A stretch of 64,000 bases of DNA, from the NCBI GenBank assembly GCA_963976765.1, contig CAXBME010000024.1, positions 62,001 through 126,000 on the forward strand, given 5' to 3'. The notes under the pieces are model-generated. The model had not been told where the DNA came from and ran no database searches. It saw nothing but the letters and a program-made list of their open reading frames with translations. Of this stretch, positions 20,406 to 29,334 are shown piece after piece. The stretch is from an uncultured Planctomycetaceae bacterium (GTDB lineage: Bacteria; Planctomycetota; Planctomycetia; Planctomycetales; Planctomycetaceae). The translations under genes were made by a program, and so were the position numbers. Within the stretch, counting starts at the first letter, position 1. Each line of letters begins with the position of its first letter.

Positions 20406-21035
20406 CTATTTCTTCGGACGAAGCATCTGGAAGCCGCGGAGGGCGTAGGTCAGGCCGCTGTAAACCGTCACGGCGACGGCGGCCCACAGCACGATGTCTC
20501 GATACGAGTTGAACGTCGGGCTGCCGACTTTCGGGCTGAGCGACAGCAGACTCATCGTGATGGCCACACATTGCAGAGCCATTTTTGCTTTGCCGATGAA
20601 CGCTGCCGAAAAGTCTTTGCCGCTCTGCTCAAGGAACGACCGCAGCCCGGTGACAAACATTTCCCGGCCGATCACCGACATCACCATCCAGGAGTTGACC
20701 CCTGAATCAGCTTTCTTTTCGAGCAGAAAGACGAATGCGCCGCAGACGATGATCTTGTCGACAAACGGGTCGAGGATTCTTCCGAGCGTCGTCACCTGTC
20801 CGTACTTGCGGGCAATGTAACCATCAATGGCGTCCGTGGCGGCGGCAACTACAAACAGGATTGCTGCGGAAATCCAGAAGCCTTCGACATAGATCAGCCC
20901 GAACAGAATAATGGCCAGCCCCAGGCGGCTCAGCGTGATCAGGTTGGGCAGGTTCAGCGACCGACCGTCGATTGGCTCAGGCATTTGAGAGCCAACTGGC
21001 GGCGTGCTGATTGCACCTTCTCCGGATTCTGTCAT
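20406..21035 (-). CDS. pgsA: CDP-diacylglycerol--glycerol-3-phosphate 3-phosphatidyltransferase
   Basis: NLPNLITLSR, TDAIDGYIARKYGQVTTLGRILDPFVDK (CDP-alcohol phosphotransferase motif), GKAKMALQ. Confidence 0.93.
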   Translation of the reverse strand: MTESGEGAISTPPVGSQMPEPIDGRSLNLPNLITLSRLGLAIILFGLIYVEGFWISAAILFVVAAATDAIDGYIARKYGQVTTLGRILDPFVDKIIVCGAFVFLLEKKADSGVNSWMVMSVIGREMFVTGLRSFLEQSGKDFSAAFIGKAKMALQCVAITMSLLSLSPKVGSPTFNSYRDIVLWAAVAVTVYSGLTYALRGFQMLRPKK

Positions 21036-21157
21036 GGGATACTTATCAGCTGGTTCAGACGCAATTTTCAGTGAGATCACAGATAACCGGGGAGTGTCGC
21101 AGATTGAGCCGAGCATTCAACTCCGGCTGTTTCTGCCCTCAATCAATGCGGGCTTTT

Positions 21158-21234
21158 GAACGCAGAGGTCGCTGAGGAGAAAAACGCAGAGAAAAGGGAG
21201 AACTCTGCGCGAGTCCTCTGTGAGCTCTGCGTTC
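21158..21234. repeat. Nested palindromic REP-like element (CGCAGAG/CTCTGCG family)
   Basis: gaacgcagag ... ctctgcgttc outer arms with an inner cgcagag/ctctgcg pair. Confidence 0.7.
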
Positions 21235-21268
21235 CGTCCTTCTGGAATGCTCAAGAGCGTTGAGCTGG

Positions 21269-23866
21269 TTACTTCTTCGCTCCGAACTTCACCGGCAGTG
21301 GATGGCCAAGCGTGTCTTTGTTCGGCTCGAAACCGTTGCCGTCGATGTCGACGAAAACCGGATTGATGAACGCCGCCGGACGATGCTGTCCCCAGGTCGG
21401 GCCGTGGACAACGCCCAGTGTCGACTTATCCGCCCCGGCCACGACGATGACGTGCGCGTCGCGGTCGAGCTTCAGCGACAGCTTCTGATCGAACTTCACA
21501 ACGCCCGACCGGAACAGATTCGGATGCGTCTCTCTCCGATAGTGATGGTCCGAATGGATTCGCCCGTTGACCAGCACGAACACCCGGTCGACGTCGATGT
21601 AATTGGGACTTTGCACTCGAACATCGATTTCCAGTTGGCCCGACTTCGCTTCCAGATCCTGGCCGGAAAAGACGCCGGATTTCTGACCGGCTTCGCGGAT
21701 CTCGACTTCCAGGAAAGGGCCGTTCGACATGATGAGCGCGCCAGCTTCGGACGCTCGAACGATGTCCAATGGTTTGACCTTCGCTGGATCGTCGGTCGGG
21801 GAACGAATCCAGTTTCGCAGCCAGCCGGATTCGTGATAGTTGTAGTGAGCGTCCGTGTTGACGACTCCGACCAGCCGGACTCCCTGATTGAGAAACTGCA
21901 GCCAGTTGAAGATTCGATTGTTGCCCTTATAGGTCGACGCCGTGATAGAAGGATCCAGCGTCAGGATGTCCGGCACGGGGTGAACCTCGAAGACGTCGAT
22001 GTGCGGCATGATTCCCGGATGCCCTTCGTCGGGTTCTCCGTTGCCGTCTTTGTCGCGGAACAGCCAGCCCATGTCGGGATGATTCTGCTGAATGAGTTTT
22101 TCGCTGCGACCGTCCCACAGCGCCAGCCGCTCGACCTGTTTTTCGACGCTCGTATCGGTGACCGGTCCGCCGCCGTCCTGAAGATGAGGTCGGTGAATCA
22201 TCGGAAACGCGTTCTGATGATTCAGCAAGAGAGGGCTTCCCGTCAGCTCCATGCCGGTGCACGAGCTGATGAACGGTCCAATCTGCAACCGGTCGATGTG
22301 TGGCTGATAACTGTCGACCCGGTTGTGCTCAGTGCAGGGCGCAAATTCGATGTGGTCGCAAACCAGGTTCAACACACGTCCGAGCTGACTGCCGGTGTTG
22401 TCGCCAGACGGTGTGCTGTGACTGTGAAAGTCGCTGCTGATCCAGCCGGTGGTGTCGACGACTCGTTTGAGTGTTCCGGTCAGTTCGGTCGTCTCTCCCG
22501 GAGTAATCTTCAGCGTTGTGAAGATGGCGTCGTATTCCGGACCGTGAGCGATAACGACATCGTACTCGCCGGCCGGCAGGGTTTCCGTCGCATGACCAAG
22601 CGGTGCGTAGCGCAGACCTTTGATGCCAAAGTCTCCACTTTCCGGACCAAACCACGGCTGAGCCGTTCCCTCCTTCGCGAAGAAGTCGATCTTGCACGGG
22701 ATTGGTTTTCCATCGACGTCGGTAAAGCGCGCGTCGACCTTGCCCGGCTTCCAGCCGTCACAGACCACGGGCAGTTTTTGAACACCGCCACTCTTCGCCA
22801 CCTTGAGCGTTGGTGCCGCATCGGTCGGTGTGATGTCGACGCCGAGTGTTTCAATCTTTATCGAGTAGTTGCCTTCCGGAAGAGAGACCTGCGAAACGCC
22901 ATCACCGCCGGTCCGGGAAAGTCCCCAGTCCTGGTCGCCCTTTCGAAACGAAACACGAGCATCGGGAATTGGTCGTTTAAGCCCGTCCAGCACGGAGACC
23001 TCGACATCGCGAGTCTGCACTCCGCGAGCGTTCGCAGAAATCGCTCGAACGTGTGGCAGGTCGGTTCCTGGAAAAACGTTTCGCACCAGCTCAAACGACT
23101 GTCCCGGTTCAAGGCGCACGGAGTCGCCCACGTCGCCGATTTCGTACTCAAGCTTCGACGTTCGCGACGTGCTGTCAGCGACCACTTCCCCACCGACAGC
23201 TTCGATTCCGTAAGCCTGTCTCCAGTGCCGATCGTGGACCCAGAACAGGTCTGACTTTCCGTTCGGAATTTTGACGATGTCTTCGTTACGCGAGTCGATG
23301 CGCAGATCATCGAACAGCGGGACGTTGATGGCCGACCTTGTTTCGTTCGTAAAGCGGCTGGTAACTGTCAGCTGCTTTGCATCCGCTTTCAGAGAATACG
23401 TGACGTCAACGCTCGGGCGACCTTCCGCTCCGGCTGCTCGAACGGTGACACTTCCGCCGGTGCCGGCCGAAGCTTCCTTCGCGACGTTGATTTCCGCTCC
23501 GTCCGCATTGCGAACGACAAGCCTTCGATAAGGATATTTGCGGGCTCCCGGAAAGAATGCGCTCAACTGGTCGCTCTGATTCCAACGAACGGCCAGATCA
23601 ATCAGGCAGCCTCCCACATCACGAACAGTCATGTTCGCGTTCCGGCTCGCCAGCGGCTGAGCAATCACCGCCGTCAGATGATCATTCCGCAGAACCACGT
23701 CGCCATAGATCGCGTCGACTTCTTTGCCAAGCGGAACAAACTCGTCCCAGTTCGCGGCATTCAACCGAGCGACTTGAACCTCGCCGCTCTTCTTCTGAAA
23801 CGACGCATTAATCGCCAGAGCCGCTCCCAGCAGAGCAACCGTCACCGCAGCAGCCAGATACTTCAT
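21269..23866 (-). CDS. Secreted CehA/McbA-like metallohydrolase (PHP-like domain, beta-sandwich modules)
   Basis: N-terminal signal/anchor, WISSDFHSHS, CTEHN, GMELT, HQNAFP, NHP, NTDAH, SNGPFL. Confidence 0.78.
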   Translation of the reverse strand: MKYLAAAVTVALLGAALAINASFQKKSGEVQVARLNAANWDEFVPLGKEVDAIYGDVVLRNDHLTAVIAQPLASRNANMTVRDVGGCLIDLAVRWNQSDQLSAFFPGARKYPYRRLVVRNADGAEINVAKEASAGTGGSVTVRAAGAEGRPSVDVTYSLKADAKQLTVTSRFTNETRSAINVPLFDDLRIDSRNEDIVKIPNGKSDLFWVHDRHWRQAYGIEAVGGEVVADSTSRTSKLEYEIGDVGDSVRLEPGQSFELVRNVFPGTDLPHVRAISANARGVQTRDVEVSVLDGLKRPIPDARVSFRKGDQDWGLSRTGGDGVSQVSLPEGNYSIKIETLGVDITPTDAAPTLKVAKSGGVQKLPVVCDGWKPGKVDARFTDVDGKPIPCKIDFFAKEGTAQPWFGPESGDFGIKGLRYAPLGHATETLPAGEYDVVIAHGPEYDAIFTTLKITPGETTELTGTLKRVVDTTGWISSDFHSHSTPSGDNTGSQLGRVLNLVCDHIEFAPCTEHNRVDSYQPHIDRLQIGPFISSCTGMELTGSPLLLNHQNAFPMIHRPHLQDGGGPVTDTSVEKQVERLALWDGRSEKLIQQNHPDMGWLFRDKDGNGEPDEGHPGIMPHIDVFEVHPVPDILTLDPSITASTYKGNNRIFNWLQFLNQGVRLVGVVNTDAHYNYHESGWLRNWIRSPTDDPAKVKPLDIVRASEAGALIMSNGPFLEVEIREAGQKSGVFSGQDLEAKSGQLEIDVRVQSPNYIDVDRVFVLVNGRIHSDHHYRRETHPNLFRSGVVKFDQKLSLKLDRDAHVIVVAGADKSTLGVVHGPTWGQHRPAAFINPVFVDIDGNGFEPNKDTLGHPLPVKFGAKK

Positions 23867-24398
23867 CAACGAGTCTCCGAAACAGGTTCGTTTTCGACCG
23901 CAGGATTTCCATACATCCCGCTCTTTGACAGGAGCGAATGCTCGACCAGAAATCGAAGCGGCGACCTGGCCGAAAGTTATTTTCGCTGACGGTCTGCATA
24001 ATGTAGAGGATTTTGTCCTGAGGTGCTGTTGGGTGTGCGTGCAATTGCTCCCCGGAACGTGTGCAGCATTTCAGGATAAAGCTGGTTTCTGAATCTTGAC
24101 CTTGTGATGGAGCATTAAACTTTGCAATGGGCAATCAGAGCACGCGACATGATCAGCCTTGGTTGAGGCCAATGTCGCGATCATCCTGCCGATACTCCTA
24201 TCGGACAACGCATTAAGGGAAGCAGGAAGTCGCGGATTGATCCACTGCCGGTGCTGATGAAAGGTCGCCGTATCGAGTCGGTGGCGGTCATGCCGAACTT
24301 TTCATCACTGCTGGTTGTCTGATTTGGCAAGGGATATTCTGCGCTGACACGCCGCTTAAACACAGGTTTCACATTTCCGCACAGCATGGACAGTCTGC

Positions 24399-25166
24399 AT
24401 GGCGAACGAACGAGAGAATGACCAGTGGAAACCGACGCTGTACGACGAGAAACATTCGTTTGTCTGGAAGCTTGGAGCTTCTGTCATTGAATTGCTGGAT
24501 CCACAGCAGGGCGAGCGGATTCTCGATGTCGGTTGTGGGACGGGCCAGTTGACAGCGCAGATCGCCAAGTCAGACGCCACCATCGTCGGCATCGATCATT
24601 CACCGGCGATGATAGAAGAGGCTCGCCGCCTGTTTCCCGGAATTGAGTTTCAGCTGGCCGATGCTCATAACTTCTCATTCGAGCAGCAGTTTGACGGCGT
24701 ATTCTCGAACGCCGCTCTGCACTGGATCAGTGACCCAGCAAAGGTCGCACGTTGCATCAGTGAAGCCCTGAAAGCTAATGGCCGAGTGGCGGTGGAGTTT
24801 GGCGGTCAAGGCAACGTTCAATTTCTTGCACAAGCCATTGAGACAGCGAGTCAGGAATTCCTCGGCGAGCGTCTGTCGCATCCATGGTACTTCCCAGGCA
24901 TTGCTGCGTTTGCAACGGTACTTGAACAGCATGGGATGGAAGTGACACAGGCAGCGATGATTGACCGGCCAACGCCTCTTGAGGGAGACGATGGTTTGAG
25001 GAACTGGGTGCGAATGTTCGGCCAGCACTGGCTCACACTGGTTCCAGTGGAACAGCATGATGTGTTTCTTCAGCGAGTCGAAGCGATTGCTCGTCCGAAC
25101 CTGTTCCGTGGCTCAAAGTGGTTCGCTGACTACCGCAGGATTCGAGTTCAGGCCAGGAAGACATGA
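24399..25166 (+). CDS. Class I SAM-dependent methyltransferase (trans-aconitate methyltransferase-like)
   Basis: ILDVGCGTGQLT, FDGVFSNAALHWI, EFGGQGN, ADYRRIR. Confidence 0.88.
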   Translation: MANERENDQWKPTLYDEKHSFVWKLGASVIELLDPQQGERILDVGCGTGQLTAQIAKSDATIVGIDHSPAMIEEARRLFPGIEFQLADAHNFSFEQQFDGVFSNAALHWISDPAKVARCISEALKANGRVAVEFGGQGNVQFLAQAIETASQEFLGERLSHPWYFPGIAAFATVLEQHGMEVTQAAMIDRPTPLEGDDGLRNWVRMFGQHWLTLVPVEQHDVFLQRVEAIARPNLFRGSKWFADYRRIRVQARKT

Positions 25167-25600
25167 ACGACGCCGAATTCCTTGCGGCCTTCGAGAACTG
25201 TTCCCTGCCCTTCGAGCAATGGACACATCGTGCCCACATTCGGGTTGCCTATCTCTACGTTTTGGAGAGCGACCTTGCGACAGCCATTGACCGAATGCGG
25301 TCGGGAATTAAGGCGCACAACAAGGCGACCAGAACGCCGGAAGCCATTGATCGTGGTTATCACGAGACGATCACCGTAGCGTTCATGATTCTGGTTTATG
25401 TGGCGAATCTGCAAACGGGGCCACACAAGTCGTCGAATGAGTTTTGCGATGCTCATCCTGAACTACTCAGCAAACAGACGCTACGTCGCTTCTACTCACG
25501 AGAGCGGATCATGACGATACAGGCAAAGGCCGAGTTTGTTGATCCTGACATAAGACCGCTACCACAGGAATATTCTCTGGCGAACGGCGACTGGCAGTAA
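25163..25600 (+). CDS. Conserved hypothetical protein
   Basis: ATGA overlap with the upstream gene; FLAAFE..WTHRAHIRVAY, YHETIT, FYSRE..FVDPD motifs resemble a widespread uncharacterised family. Confidence 0.75.
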   Translation: MNDAEFLAAFENCSLPFEQWTHRAHIRVAYLYVLESDLATAIDRMRSGIKAHNKATRTPEAIDRGYHETITVAFMILVYVANLQTGPHKSSNEFCDAHPELLSKQTLRRFYSRERIMTIQAKAEFVDPDIRPLPQEYSLANGDWQ

Positions 25601-25745
25601 GAATGCAGCATCGTATCTTCATTGGAAATGGCAAAGCTGAGATTGCTTCGGCTGCGATCATCGTGATCTGCCGATTTCCTGATGTCGTCGCTCGTACCGC
25701 ACACATCGGACAATGAATTCTTCATCGCGACGCCATAAATATTAA

Positions 25746-25775
25746 TTGACATGTCGCGATTGGACGATATATAGT
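25746..25775 (+). promoter_or_regulatory. Sigma70 promoter with overlapping putative ArsR operator
   Basis: TTGACA-18 nt-TATAGT; imperfect palindrome acatgtcg-N8-cgatatat overlaps it; a related site acatatcgtaatctcgggatgt lies near 26127-26148. Confidence 0.6.
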
Positions 25776-25793
25776 TGCGAGGGAGATAAAAGA

Positions 25794-26102
25794 ATGCCAG
25801 CCAGGAAATTAAAAGAGTTGACCCCAATTCCCGCCTTGGAAGAGGCGGCTGAGTGTCTGAAAACTTTGGCGCACCCGCATCGTCTGCGGATTGTGCAGAT
25901 GCTTCTGCGGGGACGTTATTCCGTGGGAGAACTGGCTGAATCCTGCGGCATTCCGAGTCACATGGCGTCGGAACATCTTCGGCTGATGCAACGCTGCGGC
26001 TTCCTCAACAGTGCAAAGGAAGGCCGCAAGGCGTTCTATGAGATTGCCGAACCGCACCTGGCCAACATCATGGAGTGCGTGGAAGCACGCTTCGGTGCGT
26101 AA
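25794..26102 (+). CDS. ArsR/SmtB-family transcriptional repressor
   Basis: LKTLAHPHRLRIVQML..SVGELA..ASEHLRLM..KEGRKAFY wHTH pattern; GGGAG RBS before ATG 25794. Confidence 0.92.
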   Translation: MPARKLKELTPIPALEEAAECLKTLAHPHRLRIVQMLLRGRYSVGELAESCGIPSHMASEHLRLMQRCGFLNSAKEGRKAFYEIAEPHLANIMECVEARFGA

Positions 26103-26195
26103 CGGAAGTTGATTTTTTTTGAGCAGACATATCGTAATCTCGGGATGTAACAATCTTTCAGGTTGCCAGCACTTGAAGAAGCAAAGGAAACAGCC

Positions 26196-26756
26196 GTGAG
26201 CAATTCCACGATTTCACCAGCGGGACTCGCCGAGCTTCAGAAGGCGGGCACAGAACTTGACATCATTGATGTCAGAACTCCTGTCGAGTTCCGAGAGGTT
26301 CATTTGGATGGCGCCCGAAATGTCCCTTTGGACCAACTTGATCCGTCGGCAGTGATGGAGAACCGTAACGGCTCGCAGGATCAACCGCTCTACGTGATCT
26401 GTCAAAGCGGAAGTCGTGGTCAGAAAGCCTGTGATCGATTTCATCAGGCCGGTTTTTCAAACGTCATCAACATCGATGGCGGCACACTGGCTTGCGATCA
26501 GGCTGGACTGCCGGTTGTACGTGGGAAGAAGGCGATTTCACTGGAGCGGCAAGTTCGAATTGCGGCCGGATTTCTCGTGGTGTTGGGAGCCGTGCTGGGC
26601 TGGCAGGTTGATCAGGCATTCATTGGCCTGTCGGCGTTTGTTGGTGCTGGGCTGATGTTTGCCGGAATCACCGACACCTGCGGCATGGGAATGATGCTGG
26701 CGAAGATGCCGTGGAACCGTTGCCGCCAGGAATCAAACTCGTGCGATGCACGTTAA
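26196..26756 (+). CDS. Membrane rhodanese with DUF2892 (YgaP-like)
   Basis: IIDVRTPVEF, active-site loop YVICQSGSRG, SLERQVRIAAG, GITDTCGMGMMLAKMPWN. Confidence 0.9.
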   Translation: MSNSTISPAGLAELQKAGTELDIIDVRTPVEFREVHLDGARNVPLDQLDPSAVMENRNGSQDQPLYVICQSGSRGQKACDRFHQAGFSNVINIDGGTLACDQAGLPVVRGKKAISLERQVRIAAGFLVVLGAVLGWQVDQAFIGLSAFVGAGLMFAGITDTCGMGMMLAKMPWNRCRQESNSCDAR

Positions 26757-26776
26757 CAGAGCAAGGGAGAGCAGCG

Positions 26777-28432
26777 ATGAAGATCGTGATCGTTGGAGGT
26801 GTGGCGGGTGGTGCTTCGGCAGCGGCCCGCGCTCGTCGCCTGTCAGAAAATGCGGAGATCATCCTGGTTGAACGAGGGCCGGATGTGTCCTTCGCGAATT
26901 GTGGTTTGCCGTACCACATCGGAGGCAGGATTGCCGAGCGTGACAAGTTGCTGATTGTGAAGCCTGAACTGTTGAAATCCCGCTTCAATCTCGATGTGCG
27001 GGTCCGTTCTTCGGTTGAGGCCATCAACCGCAACTCGAAAACCGTGCGTGTTCGAGATCTGACATCCGAACGAGAGTACGAAGAAACCTACGACAAGCTG
27101 ATTCTTGCTCCGGGAGCGGCACCGTTGCGTCCTCCGATTCCCGGCATCGACCTGCCGGGAATTCACACGCTTCGCAATTTGCAGGACATGGATCACATCA
27201 AGGCCATTATTGACGATGGCGTGAATGAAGCTGTTGTAGTCGGTGCCGGATTCATCGGACTCGAACTGGTCGAGAATCTCGTGCGGCTGGGTATTTCCAC
27301 GACGGTCGTCGAACTGCAGGACCAGGTATTGCCTCCGCTCGACAAAGAGATGACGACTCCGTTTGCTCAAAAGCTGGCCGCGCAGGGGGTGTCACTTCAT
27401 CTCGGTGAATCAGCCGAAGGCTTTGAGCAAACTGCTGATGGCCTGATCGTTCGTCTGAAGTCAGGAAAGCAGCTGCCGGCTCAATTGGTGGCACTGGGCA
27501 TTGGTGTGCGACCTGAAAACAATCTGGCTGTTGATGCCGGACTGGATGTCGCCCCTCGTGGCGGAATCCAGGTCAACGACCAACTCCAGACGAGTGACCC
27601 GGACATTTACGCCGTTGGCGATGCGATCGAAGTGAAGGACTTCGTGCTTGGGGAGCCAACTCAGATTCCGCTTGCCGGTCCAGCCAATCGGCAAGGCCGC
27701 ATTGCTGCTGACAGCATCTTCGGGCGCCCAGGCTCTTATCGAGGCACGCAAGGAACAGCCATCCTCGGGCTGTTCGATCTGACGGCAGCCATGACCGGAG
27801 CATCGGAAAAAACTCTGAAGCGAAGCGAACGCCCCTATCGGATGGTCTATGTGCATCCGGCCAATCACGCTGGGTACTACCCCGGTGCCGAACAGATGAC
27901 ACTCAAACTGCTGTTTGATCCTGAGTCGGGCAAAGTCCTGGGAGCACAAGGTGTCGGTGGTGCGGGAGTTGATAAACGGATCGATGTGTTAGCAGTCGCC
28001 ATCCAGGCTGGCATGACGGTCTACGACCTGGAAGAGGTAGAGCTTGCCTACGCTCCGCAGTTCGGCTCAGCGAAAGACCCGATCAACATGGCAGGTTTCG
28101 TGGCCGCTGGCCTGTTACGAGGCGACCACCCTCAAATTGATGTGGCGACCCTCATGGCGATGTCATCGGATGAACGCCCATTCCTCTTAGACGTTCGGAC
28201 TCCAAGAGAATTCGCCGCCGGTCACATTCCGGAATCCGTCAATATCCCTGTCGATGAACTGCGATCTCGACTGAGTGAGCTTCCGGTTGGCAGGGAAATC
28301 GCAGCCTATTGTCAGGTCGGTCAGAGAGGTTATGTGGCAACTCGAATTCTGCGGCAAAACGGACTCGCCGTCGTCAACGTGAGCGGCGGCTATACGACGT
28401 ATCGTCAACACTTCCCGGAAAGTAATACATGA
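26777..28432 (+). CDS. CoA-disulfide/persulfide reductase-rhodanese fusion (CoADR-RHD / Npsr-like)
   Basis: GGVAGGASAA, redox Cys SFANCGLPY, GAGFIGLE, LAYAPQFGSAKD, C-terminal rhodanese LLDVRT..AYCQVGQRG. Confidence 0.93.
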   Translation: MKIVIVGGVAGGASAAARARRLSENAEIILVERGPDVSFANCGLPYHIGGRIAERDKLLIVKPELLKSRFNLDVRVRSSVEAINRNSKTVRVRDLTSEREYEETYDKLILAPGAAPLRPPIPGIDLPGIHTLRNLQDMDHIKAIIDDGVNEAVVVGAGFIGLELVENLVRLGISTTVVELQDQVLPPLDKEMTTPFAQKLAAQGVSLHLGESAEGFEQTADGLIVRLKSGKQLPAQLVALGIGVRPENNLAVDAGLDVAPRGGIQVNDQLQTSDPDIYAVGDAIEVKDFVLGEPTQIPLAGPANRQGRIAADSIFGRPGSYRGTQGTAILGLFDLTAAMTGASEKTLKRSERPYRMVYVHPANHAGYYPGAEQMTLKLLFDPESGKVLGAQGVGGAGVDKRIDVLAVAIQAGMTVYDLEEVELAYAPQFGSAKDPINMAGFVAAGLLRGDHPQIDVATLMAMSSDERPFLLDVRTPREFAAGHIPESVNIPVDELRSRLSELPVGREIAAYCQVGQRGYVATRILRQNGLAVVNVSGGYTTYRQHFPESNT

Positions 28433-28517
28433 CCTGTTTCGAACATTCGGACTCCATACCCGATGAAACTGGACTAACGACGGACGGTCCAGTTCTGAGA
28501 ACAGGGAAGACAGCCTC

Positions 28518-29315
28518 ATGACAATTCGGATTTGTATCGCTGGCGTAACCGGCTGGACGGGAAGTGCCGTTACCCGTGCAATTCTTAGCTCAGGTGATTA
28601 CGAACTCGTAGGAGCGATTGCCCGGCAGACGGTCGGGCAGGATGTCGGCGAGTTACTTGGGATGGCTGCGAACGGCATTACCGTCGTTTCCGAACTCGGT
28701 GATGAACTTGCAGCCAACACAGATGTGCTGGTTGATTTCACGTCGCATGAAACCGTCAAGCGGCGAGCGATTTCTGCACTGAACAAGGGCGTCCGTGTTG
28801 TCATCGGCACTTCGGGGCTGGTCTCGGCGGACTACGACGAAATCGAACAGGTCGCTGAGTCGTGTCAATCCGGTGTTGTGGCGGCGGGCAATTTCTCGAT
28901 CACAGCAGCGTTAGCGAAACATTTCTCCCTACTTGCCACCAGGCATCTCCCGTCCTGGGAGATTATCGATTATGCGTCTGCCAGCAAGAAGGATGCCCCC
29001 AGCGGAACAGTGCGCGAGTTGGCCGAAGCGATGGGAGTGGTTGCTCAGAACCATTTGGAAGTTCCCCTCGAAGAGACTCATGGCGAGCGAACGGCAAGGG
29101 GAGCATCAATTGGCGGATCGCAAGTGCATTCAATCCGACTCCCCGGACATGTTCTTGGGTTCGACGTGAACTTTGGGCTTCCCAATGAACGGCTCAGCAT
29201 TCGGCACGAGGCCGGTTCCGGGGCCGAGCCCTACGTTCAAGGAACGCTGGTTGCCGTTCAAAAGGTGATGCAGATCGAAGGGCTCGTCCGAGGTCTGGAC
29301 AAACTATTGTTTTAG
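28518..29315 (+). CDS. DapB-like reductase with non-canonical active site
   Basis: IAGVTGWTG, VDFT, VIGTSG, GNFS, KKDAPSGT, HSIRLPG; the HH of the EAHHxxKxDAPSGT motif reads AS here. Confidence 0.8.
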   Translation: MTIRICIAGVTGWTGSAVTRAILSSGDYELVGAIARQTVGQDVGELLGMAANGITVVSELGDELAANTDVLVDFTSHETVKRRAISALNKGVRVVIGTSGLVSADYDEIEQVAESCQSGVVAAGNFSITAALAKHFSLLATRHLPSWEIIDYASASKKDAPSGTVRELAEAMGVVAQNHLEVPLEETHGERTARGASIGGSQVHSIRLPGHVLGFDVNFGLPNERLSIRHEAGSGAEPYVQGTLVAVQKVMQIEGLVRGLDKLLF

Positions 29316-29334
29316 ATCGATTGAGGGAGTACGT

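Noticed and set aside
21260..23254. 664-aa plus-strand ORF
   Set aside because: Antisense shadow of the metallohydrolase gene; no motifs.
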